From NCBI GenBank assembly GCA_047495785.1, contig JBLDXI010000019.1:372001-436000 (forward strand): DNA of 64,000 nt. Direction: 5' to 3'. Positions 37,077-49,995 of this stretch are shown in pieces. The position numbers were made by a program, and so were the translations under genes. A model generated the notes under the pieces. That model worked only from the letters and a program-made list of their open reading frames with translations. It made no database searches and had not been told where the DNA came from. Within the stretch, counting starts at the first letter, position 1. Each line of letters starts with the position of its first letter. Origin of the DNA: Lepidodermella squamata (Eukaryota > Animalia > Gastrotricha).

Positions 37077-38780
37077 ATGGAGAGTGATAGAGGTCAATCG
37101 AATCAATTGTTAGAGGAAATCGCGAATATCCCACCGCAGATTCCGAAGCAGTTAGAAAATCAGAAATGGACTTGGTACCTCGTTTTTTGTAATGCTGTGA
37201 TTGCAATAGGAGCTAATAGCCTTTTCGGCTACAACCTGAGCGTGCTGAATGCACCCTATGGAGTTTTGACATCGTTTGTAAATCATACAGCGATTTCTTC
37301 GTCAGAATTATCCGAAGAAGGACTGTCAACATTGTCATCACTTGTGGTCACAATGTACCTCTTCGGTGGTATCATTGGTTCGACCTGGTTTCCAACAATT
37401 CTAGTCTCAACATTAGGGAAGTAAGTTTTGACTTTAGATATTTCGTATTCAGCAATCCATTTTAGGAAGAAATCTCTGCAAATTGCCTCAATTTTCGGCG
37501 TTATTGGAAACATTACTCTTCTCATCACACCGTGGGCCCAATCTGCTATCCCATTATATGTTGGCCGGTTTGTAATTGGGCTTCAAACAGGCTTGGCTTT
37601 GGTCATAGCTCCGGCATTTATCAACGAGTTGGCTCCAATTAGGCTGCGAGGAGCATGTGGAACGATGTTAGCAGTGAGCGCGTCACTCAGCAGCTTACTC
37701 GCAAGTTTCTTAGGATTTGATTGGATATTTGGCAACGAGTCTCACTGGCATCTATTATTTCGTAGGTTGCCACAATTTACTTGCTCATTTTAGCTTCTTT
37801 TGATTAGTTATTAGCCTGTTTGCCTGCATGATTCATGGGTCATGCTTATTTTTTGTGGTTGAAAGTCCGCGATGGCTGCTCGACCAAAGACGAGACTATG
37901 AGGCTTTGGAAGGTTTGCTTGTCTCCTCCTATCAATTCTTAAACAAAACTGAATTCCAGTGCTCATGAAATTGCGGGATGGCGACTCAAACACCGTAGCG
38001 GCCGAACTAGCGATGATTAAACGGCAAGCTTATGACGATGCCGATGTCAAACCCGTTTCGATGCTTAGCTTCTTGCGAAATCGCTCGAATTTATGGCCAT
38101 TGTTCATTTCGATTCAGTTGCACATTTGCAACCAAATGACTGGAACAGGAGCCATCGTCTTCTACGCAACATCAGCCATGACTGCATCTGGCCTGAGCCT
38201 AGAAACGGCGATTTTAGCAAACTTTGGCCTTAGCTTTGTCACCCTCCTTGGCAATTGTGTTAGCGCCTTAGTTGTTGACCGGTTCGGACGGCGATTGCCT
38301 ATGATTATCGCAACATTTGGCCTGACCATAGCAAACTTGATTATAGTTATCGCCTTTTCGTTTGAGGTATGTCACTGAATGATGAATGATTCCATTCCAA
38401 AACTCTCTTCAACCTTAGCTACACTACTTGGCCGTAGTGGGCTTCGCGCTATCTCTGCTAGCATTTGGATCTGGACCGGGGCCGATACCTTGGTACATGA
38501 CTGCCGAACTTTTCAAGCAAGCATCTCGGACGTCAGCTTTATCGGTAGCGACATTTGTCAATTGGCTAGCTAATATCGCAGTGGCATTCACTTTCCCGCT
38601 TCTGCAGGTATACTTCCCGCTTTTAAACTTTACAGATAATCGAGTTCTTGATTTCAGATAGCTATTGGGAAATTCGCATTCATTCCTTTCCTTGGAATCG
38701 CCTTTGTCGAAGGCCTTTTCTTCGTCTTTTGCTTGCCAGAGACAGCTAATAGCTTGAAGAAATCCATAAGCAACTCGTAA
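37077..38780 (+). CDS. SLC2: SLC2/GLUT-family sugar transporter, multi-exon
   Basis: FGYNLSVLNAP, GRFVIG, INELAPIRLRGACG, ESP, VDRFGRR, GPGPIPWYMTAELF, FVNW, LPET. Confidence 0.92.
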
Positions 38781-39229
38781 CTCATGTACATGATCGAGAG
38801 TAAAAAAGCGCATCTCAATTCTTTTATGAACTGATTTACAAGATTGACAGCTAATAAGCCCTGTCACTTCAAAATACCTGACTATTATCTCACATCCGAG
38901 GTTAAGTCATATGAGTTTTTCATTACCTCCTACTTCTAACGGAGCGCAATCTAATCCTTGTGAGAGCTGTCACATGTTATCGACATCAATGTTGTTTGTA
39001 TACTTTTCACGCTAATATATTTTTGCAAATTTGCCGGCCTGAAATCTATTGAATATAGAAGGAATTTTAATTGAAGTAGTACACTCAAATTTAGGGCATA
39101 GCTTTACGGATACACGAGATCTAAACTATAATTCAAAGGAATTTGAGTTTCACATGATTGATAATGCACACTCCGACAATTTTATTCGAAAGTATTCGTT
39201 TCCGACAATATAGATCTTTTTAACGCGAG

Positions 39230-40623
39230 ATGAGATGCCAGGTTAGCATGGATACTTGAGCAATAAATGTATGACATGGAGATTCATCTTTCAGGTTTGC
39301 GAGGTTGCCACAAGTGGGGCTTTGCGATACGGAGCCATTCTGTGCGGGGCTTGCCGTCGCTTTTACATCCGCCAGCGATCAAACAGAGACAACCTGAAAT
39401 GTTCTGCAGGCTCAGAAGGTAACTGCCTAGAAAAATCGAGGCTAAATCCAATCACGACTTGGAATGGCAAAAAGTGGCGATCACTCTGCTCAGCTTGCAG
39501 ATTTTCCAAGTGTTGCGCTGTTGTCAAAGACAGTTCTAAAATATCTAATGAGTCTAATGACCTAACGTCAAAGAAATGCGTCTTCAGTCCGTCAACTGAG
39601 ATTCAATCGGATCTGGTCTCAGCAGAAAATTATCTTAATACCTTCTTGCAATCAACTGATCGAATGATGGATGGATTTCAAAGGGTTCTGTGATATAAGA
39701 CTGCATTTCTATTTCACAATTACACTTGTATACCTCAGATGCCGCATCGGAATTCGCGGTTTTTCTCAGCATGCCAACCGTCAACGTCGATAATGTTGGA
39801 AATTTTGCAACATTTGTTCCTGCCCCAAGTTCTCACTGTCCGGGAATTCGTCAAAACCTTACCAGGTTTGTCTTGGGCTGAAAACATTGGCTTTCAATCA
39901 GGTTTATCTTAGGATACGATGCTATTTCGGCATGTGATCGGACGGAGCTCTTCGCAACCAGCTACGCCTCCATTCTCATATTGGAAAACGCCCTGAGGGA
40001 CCAGCCAGTTGTCCTCGGAATGAACGCTAGAAACTGTGAAATAGTTGTCGCCAATTTTCCTCCGATGAGTGTTAGAGCTTTCTTAGATTTCATTATGCTA
40101 TAGCTAATGCTAATCTGCTCGTTTTAGTACGCAAGCGAGGAAATGACAAAGCTGTGGGCGATTTTGAGATTCTACCGTCCGGACAAAGCTGATATCGCAT
40201 TCCTTGTAGCCTTCCTCTTCTTTTACAACGGTGATTTTAACATGATTTGCCAAGCAATAGTTAAATGAATGCATTTGTATTTAAGGAGGTCAATGGGGAT
40301 GTGTGGATAGCCGACCTGTTGCTGACTCTTTAAGCTACATAAAATCTCTTTATATGGCTTACAATATGCGACGAAATCCTCGCCCGACAGATTTTCAAAC
40401 AAAAACGAAGGAAATGATGTTTTTGGTTGAGCTGTTCACCGATGCTGGGCTCCGTAGACTAACAGCTCATGGCAGAGCTCAACTCGTTCAACAGCAGTTA
40501 TTGTCGACTGAAGCTAACCTGTTATATCGAGATTTTTATTCGCGAATCGCTAATAGGTTTCTGCCTGACACTGTAGTCGGCTTCTTGAGAAAGAGAAATG
40601 ATGGAACCAGTGATGTTAAATAA
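39230..40623 (+). CDS. Divergent nuclear receptor B
   Basis: MRCQ|VCEVATSGALRYGAILCGACRRFYIRQ...CSACRFSKC, LBD-like VREFVKTLPG, and last exon GGQWGC...FTDAGLRRL. Confidence 0.82.
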
Positions 40624-41103
40624 TTCAGAGCAACTAATAAACGTTTTTTATTGTTTGTCACCTTGGTACTTCAAGTGAAATGTGTCTGCAAAGCTTTGGA
40701 TTTCTGCAGTCAATAACGACTTCATTTAAGCAAGGGCAACGAGGAAGAAAGGAGATCATAAGTCCACGTGGTCCAGATGCATGCCATCGAACGGTCAACG
40801 CCGGTCGATAGGATGTGACCCGTTGCAAGCCACTAAATTGAGTACTTGACATAATAGATCCCACGATGCGACCTGCAAAACTGCATTTTATGCTTGCTAT
40901 CCTTCTATCTGATTATCGCTGTACATGTCACGTGCGATATAGCATACTTGGTTATAGACAAATTTTGATCTTTAGTGGCTTTGGCAGTTGTTGATCACAG
41001 GTCAACACATTCCAGCATTTACGAAATGAGTCTTATCTAGGTCCTTATCTATTTCCTATCGGGCTGAATTTTGAATTCGAGGCTTTCCGACTTCATTGAG
41101 TTC

Positions 41104-44100
41104 ATGCCTTCTTCTTCCGGAGTGCAGTGCCAGGTTATTATTAACCCATCATTTGGTTTTAAATTACTTTCTTCGCAGGTATGCAAGGGCTCGGCGAGTG
41201 GCAAAATGCGCTATGGCACGATTCTATGCGAAGCTTGCCGTCGCTTTTACATCCGCCAGCGACCAAACAAAGACAACCTGAAATGCTCTGCGGGTTCTAC
41301 AGGAAACTGTCTAGATAAATCAAGAAGGGATCCAATCACAACTTGGAATGGAAAAAAGTGGCGATCACTCTGCTCAGCCTGCAGATTTGCGAAGTGCTGT
41401 GACGTCATGTCAGATAGCTCCGAAGCCTCTGTCACAAAAAACAATTCATCGTCTGAGATATATGTCGCCGGGCCATCACCTGAGATTCACACCGACTTGG
41501 TAGCAGCAGAAAGTTATCTCACGAACCTCCTGAGCTCGACTGACAGAATGATGGATGCATTCAAAAGAGTTATTCTTGAACCTCGAATATTTCTCCTAAT
41601 TTTTTTATCAATTCAGATGCCTCTAAGAAATTCACGCCATTTCCCAGCGGATCAACCTACAATATCAATAGTGTTCGAAGTTTTGCAAAACCTCTTCTTG
41701 CCGCAAGTTTTCATAGTCCGAGAATTCGTCAAATCACTGCCAGGTTAGATATAGTAGTAATAGATAGTGGGACTATAGGTACACCTGAAAATTCTTCATA
41801 AAAATACAAATTCCTTCTCCAATCATAGCCCATCTCGCAATTTTTCACCGTAAAACCTATCTTCTGAGTATCGATTAAACAACGTCTGCAACGCATTTTT
41901 TCGCCGTTTAGACCATCCTAAAAGCCAAAAAATAATTTTTTAAAAATAAATTTTCATTTTTTCGAAAAATTGATTGTAGCTGATTGCCAAACCAGTTTTT
42001 ACTCGTTTTAGAGCGGAGTGAATTATTCAAGTAAATCAATATCATGTGCCACAGTGAAATTTCTTCAAAATGAAACGATAGTATGAAATAATCTTATATT
42101 TACAGCAAGTATAGCACGTTCGTAATAATTTCCACATTCTGTCATTTAGAGAAAAAAAGATTCCGTCGTTTCATGAGTAACTGAAGAATTGAAGATGAAA
42201 CTGATCAAACCTCTGGATAGTCATCCGCCACTAGTTTGCTGAACAGTTTATCCAGCGCTAAAATCGTTTTTTCGCTCGGGCAGTGATCAGTTTTGTTTTC
42301 GAAAAATGTTTTTACAGTAGCCAATGAAGGGAAATCAGGGATTGGATACTCTATAGTGCGATTCTTCACCCAGATTGCCTTTTGCTTCGCGCTGAAACTC
42401 GCATCGAAATATTCGCCAAAATTCTGAATCAAGTTTTGCTGTTCCTCCTTTCTATGCAGTCGCGCCGTAGTCGATAATACTGAACTTGCGTTGTCTGTAA
42501 GCAATAGTCGTTCCTTTTGCCTAGGAGCTTTTCTGGCATTGGTTGCGGGAGGTTGTGCTATAGCTGGTTGAATTTGTTGTGCGGGAGGTTGTGCTATAGC
42601 TGGTTGATTTTGCTGGGCAGGAGGTTGTACTATAGCTGCTTGATTTTGCGGAGTGAGATGTTGTATGACATCGGTAGCAAGGTCAAGATTTTGTATGAGT
42701 GAGAGAACGGCATTTAGAACAGAAGCTTTATCCATGACAGTTATGGCTAATCGATGATCTACGAACGCAACAACTAAAAATAAATAACTTGATGTAAGGT
42801 AAAATATATACCAGATAATTATAAGATAGCTGAAGGTAACGGCGACTGAAAAGAGTTATTTCAAAATGATATAATTTTAAGAACAATGACGAATCGGGTG
42901 CACGCTAGTGAATATAATGTTTTAAGCACGAATTATCGTCACGAATTATCTGAATTGTTTCAAAATTTATTCTCGGCTTTCTTCTCATTTAATATTCTTA
43001 TATATTTTTATTTTTTGATAAATTGGTAAATTGGTAACTTGATAGTTTCGAAATTTCGTTAATTCTTAGATTCAATATTCTTATATATTTTTTATTTTTG
43101 ATAAATTGATATTTTGGTAACTTGGTAATTTCGCAATTTGGTAACTTGGTAATTTCGAAATTTCGATAATTCTTAGATTCAATATTATTATACATTTTTA
43201 TTTTTTGATAAATTGGTAAATTGGTAACTTGGTAATTTCGCAATTTGGTATTCTGGTAATTTCGATAATTCTTAGATTCAATATTCTTATATTTTTTTAT
43301 TTTTTGATAAATTGGTAAATTGGTAACTTGGTAATTTCGCAATTTGGTAACTTGGTAATTTCGAAATTTCGATAATTCTTAGATTCAATATTCTTATACA
43401 TTTTTATTTTTTGATAAATTGGTATTTTGGTAACTTGGTAATTTCGAAATTTCGAAATTTCGATAATTTGAACAAAAATCGCTCACCGCTCTAAAACGAG
43501 TAAAAACTGGTTTGGCAATCAGCTACAATCAATTTTTCGAAAAAATGAAAATTTATTTTTAAAAAATTATTTTTTGGCTTTTAGGATGGTCTAAACGGCG
43601 AAAAAATGCGTTGCAGACGTTGTTTAATCGATACTCAGAAGATAGGTTTTACGGTGAAAAATTGCGAGATGGGCTATGATTGGAGAAGGAATTTGTATTT
43701 TTATGAAGAATTTTCAGGTGTACCTATAGTCCCACTATCTATTACTACTAGATATTATGGCTAAAACGAATAGTTTCATGAATTGAAGTTGCCACAGGTT
43801 ACGAAAACATCCCGGCCATTGATCGAACAGAGCTTTTCGCAACTAGTTATGCGTCTATTCTCATCTTGGAGAATGCCTTCAGGGATCAACCGGTATACCT
43901 TGGAATTAATAGCAGGAATTACGAATTGATTATTTCTCACTTCCCCAGTCTTAACGTGAGTTTTAAATGCATTTTTATTTTCCTGAAAATGCTCTTTGCA
44001 GTATGTTACAGAGGAAATGGACAACTTGTGGGCAACATTGAAAGGCTGCCAGCTCGATATAGTCGACATCACTTTTCTCAACGCTTTCTTGTTCTTTTAC

Positions 44101-44520
44101 AACAGTGACTTTCTCCATTTTCCACTATTTTTGTAACGATTCCTGAGTTTAGGTAGTCGATTGGGATGTGCTAGTAGCCCATCAGTCGCTGAGTCTTTTT
44201 ACTGCATAAAATCTCTTTTTATGGCGTACCACACGCGTCGAAGAAACCACTCGGTTGATTTCAGCAGGAAAATGAAGGCTATCATTTATCTCGCGGAGAT
44301 TTTTTCCGATGCCGGGATACGCAGACTCACTGAACATGGCAAGGCTAACACTATTCTTCTACAGCTGTCGACAACAGAGGCACAACTACTGTATCGAGAC
44401 TTTGCCTCACGCTTCCACTCACGATTTCAGCCGGGCTCATTGATCGAGTTTTTAAGGAGGAAAAACACCGGAGAGGTCATCGGCCCTCAACAGTCAATGG
44501 GTCATTTATCTCTACACTGA
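41104..44520 (+). CDS. Divergent nuclear receptor C (tandem paralog of B; one intron carries a 2-kb insertion)
   Basis: MPSSSGVQCQ|VC...CEACRRFYIRQ...CSACRFAKC, then VREFVKSLPG|, resuming at about 43798. The last exon contains FSDAGIRRL. Confidence 0.82.
42205..42735 (-). CDS. 176-aa cargo ORF of the mini-Polinton-like element; QPPAQQ repeats and a possible XRE/Cro-like HTH
   Basis: ATG-initiated intronless ORF with three 12-aa repeats. The C-terminal PSLATVKTFFENKTDHCPSEKTILALDKLF resembles the HTH-XRE pattern. Confidence 0.6.
   Translation of the reverse strand: MDKASVLNAVLSLIQNLDLATDVIQHLTPQNQAAIVQPPAQQNQPAIAQPPAQQIQPAIAQPPATNARKAPRQKERLLLTDNASSVLSTTARLHRKEEQQNLIQNFGEYFDASFSAKQKAIWVKNRTIEYPIPDFPSLATVKTFFENKTDHCPSEKTILALDKLFSKLVADDYPEV
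42990..43470. repeat. Higher-order tandem array (units of about 100 bp built from 8-9-bp TTGGTAA(A/C)T/TTCGAAAT subunits)
   Basis: TTCTTAGATTCAATATT...TTTTTGATAAATTGGTA recurs about 5 times. Confidence 0.9.
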
Positions 44521-44601
44521 CCAAACACACATTTTGTTTTTACTGTCGAGAAAGATCCCACGCAATTTTGTTATATTATCGTTTAAACATTAAGTAGTGT
44601 C

Positions 44602-47600
44602 TCAACTCTTGATGACTTCCTTAAACTCCTGCACGAGCCACTTTTTGTACGTTTCTCGTTCTATGTCTTCTTCGACTTCGTCAGCATCCTCCCACATGTC
44701 CTTCTGCCAGTCTTCAAGTTGGCTCAACTTGCATCCTAGCTCTTTGATGTAATAATCTTCTTTTCCCGATTCTTGCTGATGGATTCGATAGCGTCTCTTG
44801 ATGTCGCGCCAGTCAGCCACATTAACCAGCATGTCCAGCTTCGGACCATCGGATTTGTCCTGTTTCTTAACTTTGAATGAAGCTTTGACCAGCGGGATGT
44901 TAGCCAGATTGCGAATTAGTGATTTCCGCCTGATAAGACCTCTTAGCTTTGACCAGTAAATTTGAGCTTTTGTAGTCTGTGAACTTTTGGCATCTCTAAC
45001 CTCCATTTGCTCATCAAGGCCGCCACCTTCCTCCTCAAGGTCTAGATAATATGAAGCCAGGGATGAACACATTTCCCAGCGACGACGCTTCAAAGTCTTC
45101 ATAGCCATATACGCTTTGAAGATCAGGTTAAACGGACTGGGCACGGGCGAAGTCTTGATGATGTTACGAATGAGGCGAGCTCGTTCGAACCTCCAAACCA
45201 AGTCGCTGTACTTCCACATCCTTTCAAACGTGTCCGATGTAATGGCCCCGATGATTGTTGAAATCATAAGGACCATGACGATTTGAAACAGTGCGAACTG
45301 AATTTGATGGAAGCCGGTGACCCATTGCGGTGAATTCCTCACTGATGGTTGGTCGTGGTAATCCGCCCAGTGAACGACGGCGTAGTAAAGAAATTGAAAA
45401 TTCGTAGATAGGGTTCCGAGAAAGTCGGAATTAGACCGGCAGCCAGGGATCTGAGATAACGAATGAGTCAATACTACAAACTACTTCATTAAAAACCCGA
45501 ACCCCTCCTTCGCCGGCTGAAAAAGGTCTTGAGCATCCGGCAGGGACTCGGTTGTTGCAAATACAGTCCTCGGTAAGTTTGGGCTCGGCATCTTTGCAAA
45601 GCGGACTGTAGATCGCATTCAGCTGCAACCACCAGCCAATAAAAAACAGGAACATGACAACAGTTCCGGCAAGACTGTCTTGAATCATGTAGATCATGAT
45701 TATCATCAGAGGGCCGAATTTTTCGCTGAAGGTTAGAAACTATACATGTACAGGAAATAATCATTTCCTCATCAAATCGGTTCGTAATTTACCTCGATAA
45801 GGTAGAACACTGCGAACAAAACTGGAATAGAGAACACTACATTCCTGGTGTACATCAGAATGTTTCCTTCATAGGTGTCAGCCCTAGAAATTAAAAAAAA
45901 TAGATCATCCAAACGGACCCAAATGAAGAATTACCCGTAGGAATAGGCAACGATCTGAAGGAGAAAAGAAACCCCGGAAAATCCTAAAATTATGCTGTTG
46001 ACCGATCTGCTGAACGCTCCACTCGAAGGATTCGATATTTCTGCCACCAGAATGCCGCCCAGGTAGATCGCCAGAAGAATTTCGTTCCAAGTTGGGAAAT
46101 AGCTCTCCCGTTGGGATAGAGGATGTAGCGGAACAGAACAAACAGTGCAAAGAACAATTAAGAAGTGAATATGGGAGGCAAGATAACATAAATACTTGAC
46201 AAGAGGGACTTTGAAGTAACCATGCTTCAGAGGCAGAGTGAAATAAACGACTAATGGAGGGAAGAGAATGAGTAATAGTGAAATGACGGTTTGCTTCAGG
46301 CCTCCCCATGTTAGGTGCCCAAGCCATATTTCAGCCAGATATCTCTGAACAGCTGCATCAGCCACGACGTCTCTCAAATTGTCGTCTAGGAGGGCATCGA
46401 TAAACAAGCGGCCACGAGAATCGGTAGATTGTAGGATCTTAGAGGGCGCTGTTTGTTGAGTGGCAATGTCCATCATTGCGGAGGTCAGATTAGAGCAAAA
46501 TTTGGCTGCTTTATTGAGATCTTTTTCGAAATCCGGATTTTTAGGAGCTTGTTCCAAGAATAGGCCAACCAACTGAGCAGATATATCGAGTGGCGAGGTA
46601 GCAGCAAGGACAAACTCCTCAATAGCTTGTTGGTCATTCAAACGGGCAAGTTTCATCAAATTTAGTGTGAACTAAATCATAGATTTCAAAAAAGCGTGTG
46701 TAACCCTTTAAGAGACATACCTCTTTGTTGCGAAGCAGTTTGTCTGTATCATGATCTAGGCTGAGAAGATACATGAAAACCTCAAGGTGGACGGATTCAG
46801 CCGCAAGTCCAATCGGAGTTTGACCTTCATTCGTTTCCAATGAGACCGAAGCTCCCAATTCGATTAGCAATTTCACAGCTTCGAGGTGACCATTCTTTGA
46901 TGTGTGGTGAAGAGGGGTCCAGCCAAACTTGCAAAAAGCTCAGTTATGATACAAATCTTTCCATCATCAAGGAAAACCTACATTATCGCGGCAATGAAGA
47001 TCAGCACCTTGGCCAATTAGGCCAGAAATCATTTCAGACTGGCCATTTCGTGATGCTAAATGAAGAGGCGTTTCGCCCCTAATATTTTGCTTCGTCATGA
47101 GGGCAGTCGATCTTGAAAGAAGCAAACTGGTTACGGTCAAGCTTCCCATCTCGGCAGCTAAATGGAGAGGAGTAGCTTTCTGGCAAAAAACGAGCTTATA
47201 GATGTAATTTAGATGAAATTCAAACCATTGTTGCACTTTCAGCATCCGGTTGAACTCCAGTTATATTCAACAGAAGCCGAACTACGAGATCGGCACGAGC
47301 GAAGCATGCCACATGAAGAGCTGTCAGGCCATACTAAGTTTGTAAATCATAAGTTAGTCAGTGGATTTCATCAAGCCCATCTTACATCGGTTTGGATGAG
47401 TTTTTTAAGCCCCGGATCTTTCACGTTAACAAAGCTCGCCTGCTGGGTCGCTGTATCAGGCGCAACAACGCTCAATAGCTCATGCACCATGTCGACCTGC
47501 GCATAGTACGCTGCGACATGCAATGCTGTTAATCCAGTCTTACGACTAGGTTCATTCCATACAGAGACAGGAATCGAGGTCACAACCTTGATGTACCCTT

Positions 47601-49995
47601 CTTTCGCGGCGATATGAAGACAAGTCATTCCTTCGAAGTCTTCATCCAACGGCTCGGCGCCAGCTTCTATCAAGATACGGACAACCTCCGCGTGCCCGCC
47701 TTTCGCTGCCAAATGGAGCGGGCTGTCATCTTTCAGGGTCCTAGCGTGGATAGCGACGTCTTTATTGAAACGAATTAACTCTCGGATGACTGACGATGAT
47801 CCTGTTGCGGCTGCAAAGTGCGCGCAAGTCATTCCCTCGGATGTTGAAAAAATCACTAGCTCGATTTGGTGTTTCAAGAACACACGAACAACGCCTGAAT
47901 GGTCACCTACTGCTGCGAGGTGTACCGGCAGTTGACCTTGTGAATCAGTCGCGAAAACATCCGCCCCGAGGCGGACCAAAGCCTGAACAACGTCTTCATG
48001 GCCATTTTTAGCGGCTAAATGGAGAGGAGTTTGCTTTAAGAAGGATGAAACGTCTAACACAGCGTTGTATTTAGATACGAGCAAAACAGCAAGGTCACGG
48101 TATCCATTAGCTGAGGCTAGATGAAGAGGAGCGATCCCGGCTCGCGATTTTGCATTGACGAAAGCTTTTTTCGCGAGAAGCAATTCGCAAGCAGCTATGA
48201 AGCCTCGCTCAGCGGCTACGTGGAGACCAGCCAAGCGTTGCTCATCTGACAAATCGACAAGAGCATCCTGTTGAGCTAAAATAGACCATCTTATTAATGA
48301 AAACGATAGGTTATTCAGGCTCACTGAGAAAATCGACAATCTCAACGTGGCCATAGTAACAAGACATCAGTAAAGGCGACTTGAGGTCCTGAAAACTTGT
48401 AATATAGTGGAGTCATTTCTATCAACTTTTGCGACTGACCTTGGCTTGATGATTTGCGAGAGCTGAGAAATTGTGTCCCTAAATCGAATCGAATAATGTA
48501 CTTTTTTGATTGTTAAACCTATGCTTACCATAAAGGACGCTAGCTCCAGAGTCACATTGATATTCCCAGATCTTGCACTGTAATGCAGCGGTGTTTCATA
48601 GGACTATGAAGTAAAAATACGAAGTTCATTCCCAAGTTCAGGCTGCTACTCTTTTTCCTTACATATTTAGTCCTTGCAGCGGGGTCTGCTCCGTATGCCA
48701 GTAAAATTTTCGTGATATCTACATCCTCCATAATGTAATGCGTCTGAATCCCTTCAGTCTCAAAGTTCAGATGCAGCCCAGTCTCGCCATCTCCCGTCGG
48801 TAAGTTGACGTAATTCTTCACATCACGTGCTGTCATTCGTTGTTTTACGTGGTCGATGAGCAGTTTAACAATTATGTAGTGACAGTGGCGTATCGCAACA
48901 TGCAAAGCAGTCTCCCCGTCTTTAGAGACCTTTCCAATTAAAATTTCCAAATAGAATCTGAGTGAGGAAATAAATTGTTATACCTGCCAAACATCAGCAC
49001 CATTGCTGAGCAGCAAGGCTACCATTTGTGCGCAACCTTTTCGAGCAGCTAAATGAAGCGCAGTCTCTTGGAGATCCCCGGTAGCAGCGGTCACCTCAGC
49101 CCCACTCTGTAACAAAATTTTCGCACAATCCACAGCATCGGTGCGCGTGGCAATGTGAAGTGCAGTTTCCCCCTTCAGTCCGCCCACTACATCGACAATC
49201 GCACTCCGACCAATTAAAGCATGGACAACATGTGGGCGGTTATGCATCACCGCCAGATGCATTGCGTTTAGTTTCGCTTTCGTTTTCGCGTACATTGGAG
49301 CTGCGTGGTCGAGAAGAACCCGAACAACTTCTACATGCCCTTCTTGAGCAGCGAGGTGAAGCGAAATTACGCCAAGTCTGTTAGACATAGCAACAGGGGC
49401 GCCTCTTTTCAGTAGAAACATGACGCATGACTGATTACCAGCTTCGGCCGCAAAATGCATGACCGTTGTGCCATGATTTGTCCGTACCTGAAATTTCGGA
49501 GGGTAAAAAAGCATAAAATCATCATTCGAGCTTACAAAAACAGATGCCTTCAATTTTTCGACAATATATTCGACCATTGCTGGGTCACCTCGAGAAGCGG
49601 CTAGGTGGAGTGGCGTGAGTCCGGATGCGTCGGCTATATTTGGATTAGCATGGAGAGAATGGAGACATTTCATCATCTTCATGTCGCCTTCCGCAGCTGC
49701 TAGATGCAGACATGTTTGGCCGTCTTCATTTCTCAGGTCAACGTTAGCTCTACCCAGTCCAACTAGAGCGAGTAGAATTCGCGGACTGTGACTCAATGCC
49801 GCCAGGTGGAGCTAAAAACCAATGAAGTAAACGAAATTAGTCACTCTGTAATCGTGTACAAACCAAGCCGTAGCCCGTTGAAGGATCCCGCCATTTATCA
49901 GCTCTCTGATGGGCGTGATGATTATCTGCGAACATTTTTTCGACTTCCGTCGAGTTGCGGGAGCGGATAGCATTCGCTAGAGCTTCCCAATCCAT
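44602..49995 (-). CDS. nompC: TRPN/NOMPC-like mechanosensitive ankyrin-repeat TRP channel, multi-exon
   Basis: About 25 TPLHxAA-type ankyrin repeats. Linker VVADAAVQRYLAEIWLG and VPLVKYLCYLASHI match NOMPC. Channel TM segments and TRP-box-like WRFERARLIR, then PVPSPFNL. Confidence 0.85.

Larger units (their letters stand above)
41753..43749. mobile_element. 2-kb non-autonomous element with Polinton/Maverick-type ends
   Basis: Termini AGTAGT.../...ACTACT, 264-bp apparently identical TIRs (41753-42016, 43486-43749), and 6-bp TSD AGATAT (41747-41752, 43750-43755). Confidence 0.85.

Noticed and set aside
42990-43470. CRISPR-like array, or the 114-aa ORF at 42998-43342
   Set aside because: There are no unique spacers and the context is eukaryotic. 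The ORF is a translation of the tandem repeat.
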